Source: an uncultured bacterium
Lineage (GTDB): Bacteria; Oederibacteriota; Oederibacteriia; Oederibacteriales; Oederibacteriaceae
Reading direction: 5' to 3'
DNA: 64,000 nucleotides
NCBI GenBank assembly: GCA_965112635.1
Contig: OZ218778.1
Location: 1,056,001 to 1,120,000, forward strand
The position numbers and the translations under genes were made by a program. Positions 30,984 to 42,987 of this stretch are shown piece by piece; positions within the stretch are counted from its first letter, which is position 1, and the number at the start of each line of letters is the position of its first letter. The notes beneath the pieces are model-generated. The model did no database searches. It worked only from the letters and a program-made list of their open reading frames with translations, and had not been told where the DNA came from.

Positions 30984-30991
<8 letters not shown>
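29408..30991 (+). CDS. Eco57I-type N6-adenine DNA methyltransferase with C-terminal target-recognition region
   Basis: DEVFTP, FLDPFTKSGVF, catalytic motif IV GNPPY and VPSRW. Confidence 0.88.
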
Positions 30992-33524
<2,533 letters not shown>

Positions 33525-33593
33525 ACGGTGCCTGGTCTTGAATCTTTGTATAAATAAATGGAATCCGGGGTCACCTATGAAAAAAGAAGTCAA

Positions 33594-33752
33594 GCCAAAA
33601 GCACACCCCAAATCCGTTCAGAACCTACAAAGGGTCTCTAGTTCCATTTAAGGACTAGGAAGCCAGTCACCTATAGATGCTCAAAGGCATATGATGAAGT
33701 AGGAACCGGTGGCACAATCACATCTTTCGGATTTAGCTGAAATAATCCTCAG
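33594..33752 (-). ncRNA. Candidate bridge/seek RNA of the IS1111-type element
   Basis: Closing stem AAATCCG/CGGATTT (33610-33616/33728-33734); internal copies of both element junctions. Confidence 0.6.
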
Positions 33753-34799
33753 CTATTCCATGACCCCGGGGTGCTCGCCGGCCTTTTCCTGCCCTAAAGC
33801 AACAAGCCTAAAAGTTTCCTTGCGTTTGAGCATATACCAAATGACTTCTAGGAGTTTTCGAGCCACAGCAACTCTTCCTGTATTGGCGCCATGTTTACTT
33901 TTAACCCGTTCAAACAAATCCTTGAACCGCCGGTCTTTCTTGATTATATGATGACTGTTTTCCACTAGGATCCATCTGAGCCATTTAGAACCTTGCTTTG
34001 TTAACCCCCCGTGTCTTTCTTTATCTGCGGATTGATAGGTTGATGGTGCCAGTCCAGCGTACGAGCATAACTTTTTTGGATTTGGAAACCTGTCTATCTC
34101 TCCAATCTCGCTCAAAATCAGCAGGGCAGAATAGATTCCAATTCCAGGAATGCTCTGCAACATTTGGCCTTCTTCGCTTAGCTGAATCTGTTTATTTAGT
34201 TTTTTTTTGTTCTCCAACAGTTCCTTGTTTACCGCGTCAATCAACCTCAAAAATCCATTTACTTCTTCACGATAGCTCTCTCTTAATTCAAGACCGGCTA
34301 GCCACTTACGGCCTTTCTTGCCGAAAACATCGCTCATTTCATCTTCGTGGCCATCCTTCATTAAAACCGCGTGAATCTTGCACTTTAACATTGTCCTTTG
34401 TGAGACCAGGGAGGCGCGATATCGGAGCACCTCCCTCAGGTCCCTAATTTCTCTTTTGGGAATGTAAGCGCTAGGCACCAGGTCGGCTCTGGATAAGTGG
34501 GCCAGGGTCGTACTGTCTATGGTATCCGTTTTTATTCGTGCTGAGGCGATGGCTTTCACTTTCAAGGGATGCGCTAAGGTAACTAGGGGCAGATGCTTCT
34601 CTATCGTCTCGTAAAAGAACATCCAGTTTCCGGTTGCCTCTACAACAACCTTGGTATCCCTAGGATATTTCCCGAAAAAACTCTCCATCTCCTCCCGGTT
34701 GTTATTTACTCTCCTTTTCTCTAATACCTTTCCTTTATCATCCATCGCTACGACTTGACTGAACTTCTTGTGAAGATCTACCCCCAGATGTATACTCAT
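33753..34799 (-). CDS. IS110-family DEDD recombinase/transposase
   Basis: GVDLHK, VEATG, KTDTID, SIPGIG, YAGLAP.TYQS and AVARKL. Confidence 0.95.
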   Translation of the reverse strand: MSIHLGVDLHKKFSQVVAMDDKGKVLEKRRVNNNREEMESFFGKYPRDTKVVVEATGNWMFFYETIEKHLPLVTLAHPLKVKAIASARIKTDTIDSTTLAHLSRADLVPSAYIPKREIRDLREVLRYRASLVSQRTMLKCKIHAVLMKDGHEDEMSDVFGKKGRKWLAGLELRESYREEVNGFLRLIDAVNKELLENKKKLNKQIQLSEEGQMLQSIPGIGIYSALLILSEIGEIDRFPNPKKLCSYAGLAPSTYQSADKERHGGLTKQGSKWLRWILVENSHHIIKKDRRFKDLFERVKSKHGANTGRVAVARKLLEVIWYMLKRKETFRLVALGQEKAGEHPGVME

Positions 34800-35053
34800 T
34801 TTTGCCGCACCTCCTTAAAAGATTTGTTCCAGCCTTACGGCTGAGAACCCAGGTTCCCCAAGAACTTTGGTCCTTGAGACCCAGTATATCTTTTAGGATG
34901 TGCGGTTTTCCTTTTTCATCACATCACATCTTGGCAATTGACACGTGATAATTTTCCGCCTCCCTCAGGCTTCCTTTTTCGCCGTTTCTTTCCAAAGAAA
35001 ACTGACTTTGCTACAATCATCCCATGAAATGTTTCTAGGCTTTAAAATACCTT

Positions 35054-35875
35054 ATGAAATTTATGAGAAAGGTCCAGCCTTTGACACCAGAGCTTATTGA
35101 TACCCACGCTCATCTGCACGGCCAGACCTATGCCAATGAGATCGAACAGGTGGTCGAGCGGGCTAAACAGACCGGCGTCCTCACTATGGTCACCATCGGC
35201 ACCAGCGTCCCGGACAGCAGGGAAGCGGTGCAGTTGGCGGACAAGTTCCCCGGGGTATATGCCAGCCTGGGAGTGCATCCAGACCATTATAGTCTGTGGG
35301 ATAAATCCAGTTTTAATTCCCTCAAGGAAATTGCACTTCAAAATCCCAAAGTCGTGGCTATTGGCGAGACCGGACTAGATTTTTTCCACCACAAGGATGA
35401 AGAGGCCCGGAAACAGCAGGCAGAGGTTTTTCGCCAACATATCCAGCTGGCCCGGAAACTGCACCTGCCTCTCATCATCCATTCCCGAGAGGCCCATCCC
35501 CAGACACTGCAGGTCCTTCGGGAGGAAAAGGCCGGGGAGCTTGGTGGAATAATTCATTGTTTTACCTCGGACTGGGAGGCTGCCAAGGATTATCTGGACC
35601 TGGGGTTTATGGTCGCTCTGGGCGGTATAATCACCTTTGGAAAAAAAGCAGCCCAGCTGGAAGATACGGCCAAAAAACTGCCCGAGGACCGCATTATTTT
35701 GGAAACGGACTGCCCATACCTGGCACCCGCGCCTTTCCGGGGTAAGCGCAATGAGCCGGCCTATGTGCGCCAGATCGCGGAAAAGCTGGCCGGACTCAGG
35801 ATGACCAGCCTGGAAAAGATCGCGGAATCCACGACAGCCAACGCAAAAAAGGTTTTCTCCTTTAATCGCGGGTAG
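35054..35875 (+). CDS. tatD: TatD family deoxyribonuclease
   Basis: IDTHAHL, GVHP, IGETGLD, IHSREA, HCF and ETDCPYL. Confidence 0.95.
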   Translation: MKFMRKVQPLTPELIDTHAHLHGQTYANEIEQVVERAKQTGVLTMVTIGTSVPDSREAVQLADKFPGVYASLGVHPDHYSLWDKSSFNSLKEIALQNPKVVAIGETGLDFFHHKDEEARKQQAEVFRQHIQLARKLHLPLIIHSREAHPQTLQVLREEKAGELGGIIHCFTSDWEAAKDYLDLGFMVALGGIITFGKKAAQLEDTAKKLPEDRIILETDCPYLAPAPFRGKRNEPAYVRQIAEKLAGLRMTSLEKIAESTTANAKKVFSFNRG

Positions 35876-35924
35876 GGTAGGATTGAAGGACAGTCGTTAA
35901 AGACATTGAACCGAACAGGGAAAG

Positions 35925-38147
35925 GTGTTTATGGGGAAATTTTGCTGGAAAATCCTTTTGGGGCTATGGCTGGCGGTCCTGTCCGGTAATGCTTTTGGGG
36001 GCAGCACCGGTATCACTGAATTTGTAGACCTGGGCCCTGTTTACAACTGCAGTGTTTTCGCCGACCCGCAGGCCTATCGCCAGGCCACAGGCGACGGCCT
36101 GGTCATGGGGTCCCTGGGGAACATCTATTTTCCCGACAACGGTTTCAACAACCAGGGCTGCTTCATCCCCCTGACCCTCACGGCCATCACCATACCGCTC
36201 ACTTTTTACGCGACCAGCCAGGAAATCAATTCCAAGGTTTCCAGCAACCCGCCGGCTTTGTTCCGGGACAGCCAGGGTTATCCCAACGTGGTCATGGTCC
36301 ATTTCCCAGCCCTTTATATGACACAGATGGTCGCGGTCCAGACCCCCACTCCCGTGCCCATGCCGACCCCGCCGCCGACCAGGACGCCCGTGGGAAATAT
36401 ACGCCTGCCCGGTTATTTGATGGAGTCAGATGAGACGCCTCCCAGTCCCGGCAACCTGACCCTTACGGCTCTCCAACCCAATATCTTACCCAACGCAGCC
36501 GGATTGACCCTGACCGCAGGAGGGCTCACTTTGACCGCCTCCACCCTAGCCGGGGGAGTTACGATAACCGCCGTTTCCACCGGGTCCAAATACAACGCGG
36601 TCAGGCTGACGGACAAGGATTTTAAGCTCAATTTTGAAACACCCGTGGATACCATCATCCTGTTGCTGGCCGCGGAGGGCCAACCCGGCCAGAAGCAGGG
36701 GACCAACCTCCCTCTCAAGATCACCTGTATCTATGACGACGATATAGACCAGACCGGGATCGGCCAGGTGCCTCTGGCCCTGGGGCCCGCGGCCGCCACC
36801 AGCCTCACCCTCACTTCTTCCATTTTCAGCGAAGGGCACGAATGCCTGGCGAGCTTCCCGGTCGTCCGGGACAGCGGGGATATTGTCCCAAGCACCATAT
36901 CCTGGTACGCCTATGCCATCCATCCGGACCGGCTTAAAAACCTTAAGCAATTGGTGCTCAACTGTCCGGGATCGGGAGGGACCGCGGGAAGCGTGCTATT
37001 GGGGGCTGTTTCCTATAAAAGGACGCCCAATCCGGAGCTGGTGCTCAATGCGCCGGCCTCGATCGAGTCGTATACCCCGTTTTTAGTGACGGTCACGGCC
37101 ATGGACGGCTATGGATTCGTGGACACCGGTTACCGGGGGATCGTGCATTTTGCGACCACGGACCCCTTCTTTATCACGGTGACCGCGGACACGGCCACAC
37201 CCATGCCCACCCCCTCCGAGGAGTTCATGGCGGCCGGGGTCACGCCAGCGGCCCTGCCGGCTGACTATACTTTCAAGCCGGAACAAAAAGGGCAGGCCGT
37301 CATACCGGTAAGCCTGGCCAGCACGGGTTCCTTCACCCTTTCCGCCCAGGACACCAAGAACGCCAAGCAGACGGCTACCGTCCCGGTCGCAACCGCCAAA
37401 AACAAACTGCTGGCGATTCTCGCGGACCGGAGGCTCTCCAGCATCAACCTGTGCCTTTTGCCCACGGCCTATCTGGGCCAGTACAAACATGATTCAGGGT
37501 GGGGGTTCACCAATTCTTACGCCTTTTCCTGGTATATCGGGAATATTTATTACGTGGAGGGCGGACAGACCAATTACACCCAGCCGCTGGGCACCTATCT
37601 TCTGACCGGGGACCTCAAAGCCGGAATGCTAGGGGAAACAGACTGGTCTCCGGCCCTGGCCGGCGGCGTCAGCGGAGGTTTCCTGTTCGTCTCGGGATCC
37701 AATCCAGGCCAGGCCCAATCCCTGAGCCAGTTCAGCACAAATAGTCTCCTCAACTTTTTTACCGTGGGGAGCAAAAAAGTCTGGAACGGGGCCGTTCACG
37801 CCGGGTTTGTCTGGGGCAATTTCCCTGGCTTCATGGCCACCCTGAGCCCCTATGTCCTGTCCACCCCGGACCAGCTGACCGCAGACACCCAGACCGGGCT
37901 CACCGGGAGCGCCAACCTGGACCAGGCGCCCAAACACGCGGTCTACGTGGGATTCAACTATCCCCTGTTCGGGGAACTGAGCTTGAAAACCGAGGTTGTG
38001 TATCCCTACGAGCTGGGGAACGTTTACCTCATCAACACGCAGATCTCCCATTTCACCAGTTTTGACCTGTCCTATTTGAGGCACAAGAACGGCTTTCAGC
38101 TGATGGGCTACGTGAACATCAGGGTACAGTTCTATCCCTCAGATTGA
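35925..38147 (+). CDS. Large secreted Thr/Pro-rich protein with a possible C-terminal beta-barrel
   Basis: Signal peptide; repeated LTLTA and TPxPTP motifs; alternating aromatic/hydrophobic C-terminal strands. Confidence 0.7.
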   Translation: MFMGKFCWKILLGLWLAVLSGNAFGGSTGITEFVDLGPVYNCSVFADPQAYRQATGDGLVMGSLGNIYFPDNGFNNQGCFIPLTLTAITIPLTFYATSQEINSKVSSNPPALFRDSQGYPNVVMVHFPALYMTQMVAVQTPTPVPMPTPPPTRTPVGNIRLPGYLMESDETPPSPGNLTLTALQPNILPNAAGLTLTAGGLTLTASTLAGGVTITAVSTGSKYNAVRLTDKDFKLNFETPVDTIILLLAAEGQPGQKQGTNLPLKITCIYDDDIDQTGIGQVPLALGPAAATSLTLTSSIFSEGHECLASFPVVRDSGDIVPSTISWYAYAIHPDRLKNLKQLVLNCPGSGGTAGSVLLGAVSYKRTPNPELVLNAPASIESYTPFLVTVTAMDGYGFVDTGYRGIVHFATTDPFFITVTADTATPMPTPSEEFMAAGVTPAALPADYTFKPEQKGQAVIPVSLASTGSFTLSAQDTKNAKQTATVPVATAKNKLLAILADRRLSSINLCLLPTAYLGQYKHDSGWGFTNSYAFSWYIGNIYYVEGGQTNYTQPLGTYLLTGDLKAGMLGETDWSPALAGGVSGGFLFVSGSNPGQAQSLSQFSTNSLLNFFTVGSKKVWNGAVHAGFVWGNFPGFMATLSPYVLSTPDQLTADTQTGLTGSANLDQAPKHAVYVGFNYPLFGELSLKTEVVYPYELGNVYLINTQISHFTSFDLSYLRHKNGFQLMGYVNIRVQFYPSD

Positions 38148-38777
38148 TCGTTTTCCCTTGTTGACCTGCCTTAGTTTCCGGGCGGGATTGCCGACCATGA
38201 CGCTGTGGGGAGGCACATCTTTGGTGACCACGCATCCCATGCCCAGAACGCTGTGCCGGCCGATGGTCAGTTTTTCCCTGCAGGAACAAGCCTGTCCCAG
38301 ATAGCATTCAGATTCCACCTTGGTGTAACCAGCCAGGGACACCCGGCTGGCCAGCATCACCCCGTCTTTGATGACGACATCGTGATTGATGACGGTGTGG
38401 CTGAGACAGAAAACGAAATTCCCCAGTTGGGCCCTGTCGCCGATGAAACAATGAGGATAGATGACGCAACCGAGGCCTATCTTGGCCGAGGGAAAGACAC
38501 AGGATGAAGGGTCTACCAGGGAAACAAGACGGTCCGAAGGCAAAGCGTAACGGTCAGGCCATTTTTGGTCCGGGACAATATACGCCTTGGGGAACTTGGC
38601 CAGCCTGTCCACGGTACCAAGGACTGGGTATCCCCCCCTGTCCTGGCCAATGAACCGCTTTTCCGTGGTCAGAAAACCCAGAAGGTTCCACGTTTTTTTG
38701 CTTTTGTTGACCCGCTCCGTGATATAGGCCAATTCTTCGCCGTGGCGTCCCCCGCTTAAAATGATAAGGTCCTTCAT
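38139..38777 (-). CDS. NeuD/PglD-family sugar acetyltransferase (left-handed beta-helix)
   Basis: Hexapeptide repeats, INHD, VVTKDVP and VGNPA. Confidence 0.88.
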   Translation of the reverse strand: MKDLIILSGGRHGEELAYITERVNKSKKTWNLLGFLTTEKRFIGQDRGGYPVLGTVDRLAKFPKAYIVPDQKWPDRYALPSDRLVSLVDPSSCVFPSAKIGLGCVIYPHCFIGDRAQLGNFVFCLSHTVINHDVVIKDGVMLASRVSLAGYTKVESECYLGQACSCREKLTIGRHSVLGMGCVVTKDVPPHSVMVGNPARKLRQVNKGKRSI

Positions 38778-39892
38778 ACAGTTCTTTTTAGGGTTTTGAC
38801 CACCGCGGCCGCTACTTCCCTGACCTGAGCCTCGGTCAATTCGGCGAACATGGGCAGGGAGAGGACCTGCCGGCTGTATTTTTCGGCGACCGGGAAAGAA
38901 CCGGCCTTGTAGTTGAGGTCCTGATAGGCCTTTTGCAAGTGGACCGGGATGGGGTAGTGGATGCCGGTCTGGATGCCCGCCGCTTTAAGTTCCTCGGCCA
39001 ACTGGTCCCTTTTTTCCACGAGGAGGGAGAACTGGTGGTAGACATGGCGGTATTCCTGGGGTTCGCGGGGCAGGGTCAACGAGGCGCCCTTTAAAAGTTC
39101 GCGGTAGAGTTTGGCATGGGCGCGCCGGGTCTGGGTCCAGGATTCCAGGTGCTTGAGCTTGACCTTGAGCACGGCGCCCTGAAAGCCTTCCATCCGGTAG
39201 TTGAAGGCTTTGAAGTCGTGGTGGTACTTGACCTCCGTGCCCCAGTCGCGCAGCAGTTTGACTTTGCGGGCGTAGTCGGGGTTGCTCGTCGTGACAGCCC
39301 CACCTTCGCCGTAGGCGCCCAGGTTTTTCCCGGGGTAGAAACTGAAACAGCCTAGTGCACCCAGGCTGCCCGCCCGGCGGCCTTTGTATTCCGCGCCGTG
39401 AGCCTGGGCCGCATCCTCGATCACGAGAAGACCGTGCTCCTTGGCCAAAGCCAAAAGGGGATCCATGTCAGCGCAGAGCCCGTAGAGATGCACCGGCATG
39501 ATGACTTTGGTCCTGGGGGTGATGGCGGCCTTGACCTTGCGCACATCCATGTTGAAGGTCTCGGGGTCGATATCGACCAGGACGGGTTTGGCGCCTGTAT
39601 AAACAATGGCCGCCACGGTGGCGATAAAGGTGAACGGCACGGTGATCACTTCGTCGCCCGGGCCCACCCCGGCGGCCAAGAGGGCCAGATGCAGGGCGCT
39701 GGTCCCGGAATTGACGCCCACCGCGAAAGAGGTCTGGCAGTAGGAGGCAAAGTCCTTCTCAAAATCGGCTACTTCCTTGCCCAGAATGAACTGGCTTGTT
39801 TCCAGGACGTTCTGCAACGCGGCGTCTATCTCCGGTTTGATGCTGTGGTACTGAGCTTTTAGATCACCTAAAGGGACCATTTTTTCTCCCAT
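38774..39892 (-). CDS. DegT/DnrJ/EryC1/StrS PLP-dependent sugar aminotransferase
   Basis: NSGTSAL, PVHLYG, EDAAQAHG and SFYPGKNLGAYGEGG. Confidence 0.95.
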   Translation of the reverse strand: MGEKMVPLGDLKAQYHSIKPEIDAALQNVLETSQFILGKEVADFEKDFASYCQTSFAVGVNSGTSALHLALLAAGVGPGDEVITVPFTFIATVAAIVYTGAKPVLVDIDPETFNMDVRKVKAAITPRTKVIMPVHLYGLCADMDPLLALAKEHGLLVIEDAAQAHGAEYKGRRAGSLGALGCFSFYPGKNLGAYGEGGAVTTSNPDYARKVKLLRDWGTEVKYHHDFKAFNYRMEGFQGAVLKVKLKHLESWTQTRRAHAKLYRELLKGASLTLPREPQEYRHVYHQFSLLVEKRDQLAEELKAAGIQTGIHYPIPVHLQKAYQDLNYKAGSFPVAEKYSRQVLSLPMFAELTEAQVREVAAAVVKTLKRTV

Positions 39893-40015
39893 CCAGGACG
39901 GTTTTTGAGGCTACGGTGTGATGCAAACTGAAGTTTTATCAATGATATTGATGTATTTTAACAGAAGGAGAGTGAATGATAAATATTTATTAGGTGTTTC
40001 CTGCGGCCTAACCGT

Positions 40016-40753
40016 TCATTTTTTAACTGCCACGCCGATCAAAGAGATCCCAAAAGGCAGGTCGAATCTCTTTAAAAAAGGAAGTTCCCAAAGCATGACC
40101 TTGTAAAACAGCCGATTGAGGATTGGGGGGATGGGTTTGAGGATATCAGAGACGGGCGGCTTGCCGAAGTTCAGGTAGTTGTCTTTCAGGCGGACTGCCA
40201 CGATGGGAAAAAACAGAAAAAAGTTATAGAAAGAAAGTTTTTTTATGACGAAGCCGTTCTTCAAGAGCTTGCTCAGCAGGTCTTTTTTGGTGTAGCGGCG
40301 GTAGTGGCGGCCCAGCTCGTCAAAGTCCGACCAAAGGGAAGGGAAGGCAGGGACCGTTAGGAACAAAAGGCCGTCCTTTTTTAGGACACGGTGAAATTCC
40401 CGGAGCCCTTTATCTTCCGCGGGCAGGTGTTCCAGGAGGTCCAGTGCCACGACGACGTCGAAACTCTCCTTTTTGAAAGGGAGTTTTTCAGCCGCTCCCT
40501 TCACGACCGGGCGCAACCCCCTTTTACGGCAAAAGTTGAGGGCATCCTCTGAGCTATCCACGCCTGTCACGGGGCCCAACGACCGCAACAGTTCCAGGTT
40601 GGCCCCTGTGCCGCAACCCACATCCAGGATCTTCGGCGCGTGCCGGCCAGACAACCATTGGCCCATTAGGCCGAGAAGGATAGCTCGCCTGGCCAGGAAC
40701 CAGAAATGAACCTTGTCGAATTCGTAATTTTGTCTATAGGCGTCCTTTTCCAA
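40016..40753 (-). CDS. Class I SAM-dependent methyltransferase
   Basis: LDVGCGTG, DLLEH and GRHYRRY. Confidence 0.88.
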   Translation of the reverse strand: MEKDAYRQNYEFDKVHFWFLARRAILLGLMGQWLSGRHAPKILDVGCGTGANLELLRSLGPVTGVDSSEDALNFCRKRGLRPVVKGAAEKLPFKKESFDVVVALDLLEHLPAEDKGLREFHRVLKKDGLLFLTVPAFPSLWSDFDELGRHYRRYTKKDLLSKLLKNGFVIKKLSFYNFFLFFPIVAVRLKDNYLNFGKPPVSDILKPIPPILNRLFYKVMLWELPFLKRFDLPFGISLIGVAVKK

Positions 40754-40756
40754 AGG

Positions 40757-41893
40757 TTATCCTCTAAAACTAAAAATGGCCGCTACTACCCGCTGCAGAT
40801 CTTCCTCGGCGATATTGTTATAAAAAGGAAGGCGGAGCAAACAATCGCTTATCCTCTCAGCGACAGGGCAGTCTCCCTGTTTGCCTCCGAATTTTCTGCC
40901 CATTTCGGAAAGGTGGAGCGGCTGATAGTGGAAAACTGCGAGAACGCCTTGGCTTTTTAAATGCGAGAGCAAAGCCTGCCGTTGTTCTAGGTTGGGAAGG
41001 ACGAGATAGAACATGTGGTAGGATTGCTCGCAGTGAGGAGGGACCCGGGGGAGTTGGACCCCATGGCTTGAGGCCCAATCTTTGAGGTTCTCGAAATAAA
41101 ACCCCCATATTCTTTTGCGCTTGGCCAGGATCTTTTCTTTTTCTTCAAACTGGGCGAATAAAAAGGCCGCCAAAATGTCAGAGGGCAAATAGCTGGAACC
41201 GACATCCACCCAGGTATACTTGTCCACCTGACCCCTGAAAAACCGGCTCCGGTCAGTGCCTTTTTCGCGGATGATCTCGGCTCTGGCGAGGAACTTCGCA
41301 TCGTTGATCAGGAGAGCTCCGCCCTCTCCGCAGGTGAAATTTTTGGTTTCGTGGAAACTTTGAGTGGCCAGGGAACCAAAAGTGCCCAAAAACCTGTTTT
41401 TGTACTTGCCGAACAAACCATGGGCGTTATCTTCAATGACCGTAACCCCTTTTTTCCCCGCCAGGGAGAGGATCGGGTCCATTTCGCAGCCCACGCCGGC
41501 ATAATGGACCACCACTACCGCCTTAGTCCTGGGAGTGAGGAGATCGGCTAGCTTGTTCTCGTCCAGGTTCATGGTTTTGGGGGATATGTCGATAAAAATA
41601 GGCTGGGCCCCATGAAGCACGAAAGCGTTGACCGTTGAAACAAAGGTGAAAGAAGGGATGATGACCTCCTCCCCTGGTTTAAAGTCCAGCAATAAAGCGG
41701 CCATTTCCAGGGCATGGGTGCAGGAAGTCGTTAACAAGGCGTGTTGGGTGCCCAGGTTTTTTTCGAGGAATTGCTGGCATTTTCTTGTGAATGGGCCGTC
41801 TCCAGATATGTGCCCGTCCTGGATAGATTGTTGGAGATAACGGATCTCGTTACCCTGCAGGTCAGCGCGGTTGAATGGTATTAAATAGTTCAC
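40757..41893 (-). CDS. rffA: dTDP-4-amino-4,6-dideoxygalactose transaminase-like protein
   Basis: HISGDGPFT, TSCTHALE, SFHETKN, EKGTDRS and GQVDKYTW. Confidence 0.85.
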   Translation of the reverse strand: MNYLIPFNRADLQGNEIRYLQQSIQDGHISGDGPFTRKCQQFLEKNLGTQHALLTTSCTHALEMAALLLDFKPGEEVIIPSFTFVSTVNAFVLHGAQPIFIDISPKTMNLDENKLADLLTPRTKAVVVVHYAGVGCEMDPILSLAGKKGVTVIEDNAHGLFGKYKNRFLGTFGSLATQSFHETKNFTCGEGGALLINDAKFLARAEIIREKGTDRSRFFRGQVDKYTWVDVGSSYLPSDILAAFLFAQFEEKEKILAKRKRIWGFYFENLKDWASSHGVQLPRVPPHCEQSYHMFYLVLPNLEQRQALLSHLKSQGVLAVFHYQPLHLSEMGRKFGGKQGDCPVAERISDCLLRLPFYNNIAEEDLQRVVAAIFSFRG

Positions 41894-41914
41894 AGAGAAC
41901 TCCCGGGAGACATA

Positions 41915-42850
41915 TCATATTTTTTCGCGGATCGTATAAGGGGGCCGGTCCATGGAGCGGAAGTGGATGCGGGCGAGATACTCGCCGATAATGCCGAGGG
42001 CGAACAATTGGACCCCCGAAAAAAGAGCTATGGAAGAAGCCAGAAAGGAGAACCCTGAAACAGGGCTGCCTTGGATGAGGTATCTCCCGACCACATAAAG
42101 AAGGAGAACGATGCCAAATAGAGTAAAAATAAAACCCATCATGCTGGCGATTTGCAGGGGGATGATGGTGAATCCCGTTACCATATTCAGGGAATGGACC
42201 ACCAGCTTTTTGAAGGTATAGTTGGTGGTCCCTCTTAGTCTTTTGTGATGGGCGACCGGAACTGCCGCGAAACGGGTCGTTCCCCAGGTCAAAAGAACAT
42301 CTATGGATACTAGGGGGCTCTGGTAATTGGCGAAAGCGTCCCTGATGGCCGTGCGGAAGGCCCTGAACGCGGACACCTGGCGGGCCACTTTCACACCCAT
42401 GGTGGTTTTTAAGGCCAGCTTGGTCACTTGAGAAGCCAAGTCACGCCATAAGCCGTGCTGCTCTTTCTCTGGGGTGCCATAGACAACATCATAACCTTCA
42501 TTGAGCTTTTGCAACAGGGTGGGGATTTCCTGAGGGGGATTCTGCAGGTCGTCATCCATCGTCACGATAATGTCATAACGGGCTGCCCTTATGCCACATA
42601 GAAGCGCATTATGCTGGCCGTAGTTCCGCATGAGACAACTGCCTCGGACGCCAGGGTATTGATCAGCCAGACTTTGGATAACTTTCCAGCTTTCATCGTG
42701 ACTGGCATCATTAACGAAGATCAGTTCGTACTTGCTTGATATTTTCGGCAGGATCTTAACAAGTTCAGCCGTCAGTTCAGCCAGGTTCAATGCAGCATTG
42801 TAAACGGGAATGACGACAGAAAGCGAGTTTTTGGTTTTAACTTTTCCCAT
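41915..42850 (-). CDS. GT2 polyprenol-phosphate glycosyltransferase (ArnC/GtrB-like)
   Basis: VIPVYN, RNYGQHNA, DDDLQNPP, two C-terminal TMs and GEYLARI. Confidence 0.9.
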   Translation of the reverse strand: MGKVKTKNSLSVVIPVYNAALNLAELTAELVKILPKISSKYELIFVNDASHDESWKVIQSLADQYPGVRGSCLMRNYGQHNALLCGIRAARYDIIVTMDDDLQNPPQEIPTLLQKLNEGYDVVYGTPEKEQHGLWRDLASQVTKLALKTTMGVKVARQVSAFRAFRTAIRDAFANYQSPLVSIDVLLTWGTTRFAAVPVAHHKRLRGTTNYTFKKLVVHSLNMVTGFTIIPLQIASMMGFIFTLFGIVLLLYVVGRYLIQGSPVSGFSFLASSIALFSGVQLFALGIIGEYLARIHFRSMDRPPYTIREKI

Positions 42851-42987
42851 CTTCTCCCCTTTTTCTCCCAAAACATTCTTATAATGATATAACTGTCCGT
42901 TGAATGCAAGCCATATAGTGTTATTGCTCTAGATTCTTGCATTTTTGACGGGTGGCATGAGAAGGTTCAAGTCGGCATTTCGTTTCC

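Larger units (their letters stand above)
33571..34927 (-). mobile_element. IS110-family insertion sequence, IS1111 subgroup
   Basis: Subterminal IRs ATGAAAAAAGAA (33577-33588) and TTCCTTTTTCAT (34908-34919), 11/12 match; shared core TCAC at 33571-33574 and 34924-34927; long non-coding end downstream of the transposase. Confidence 0.85.
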
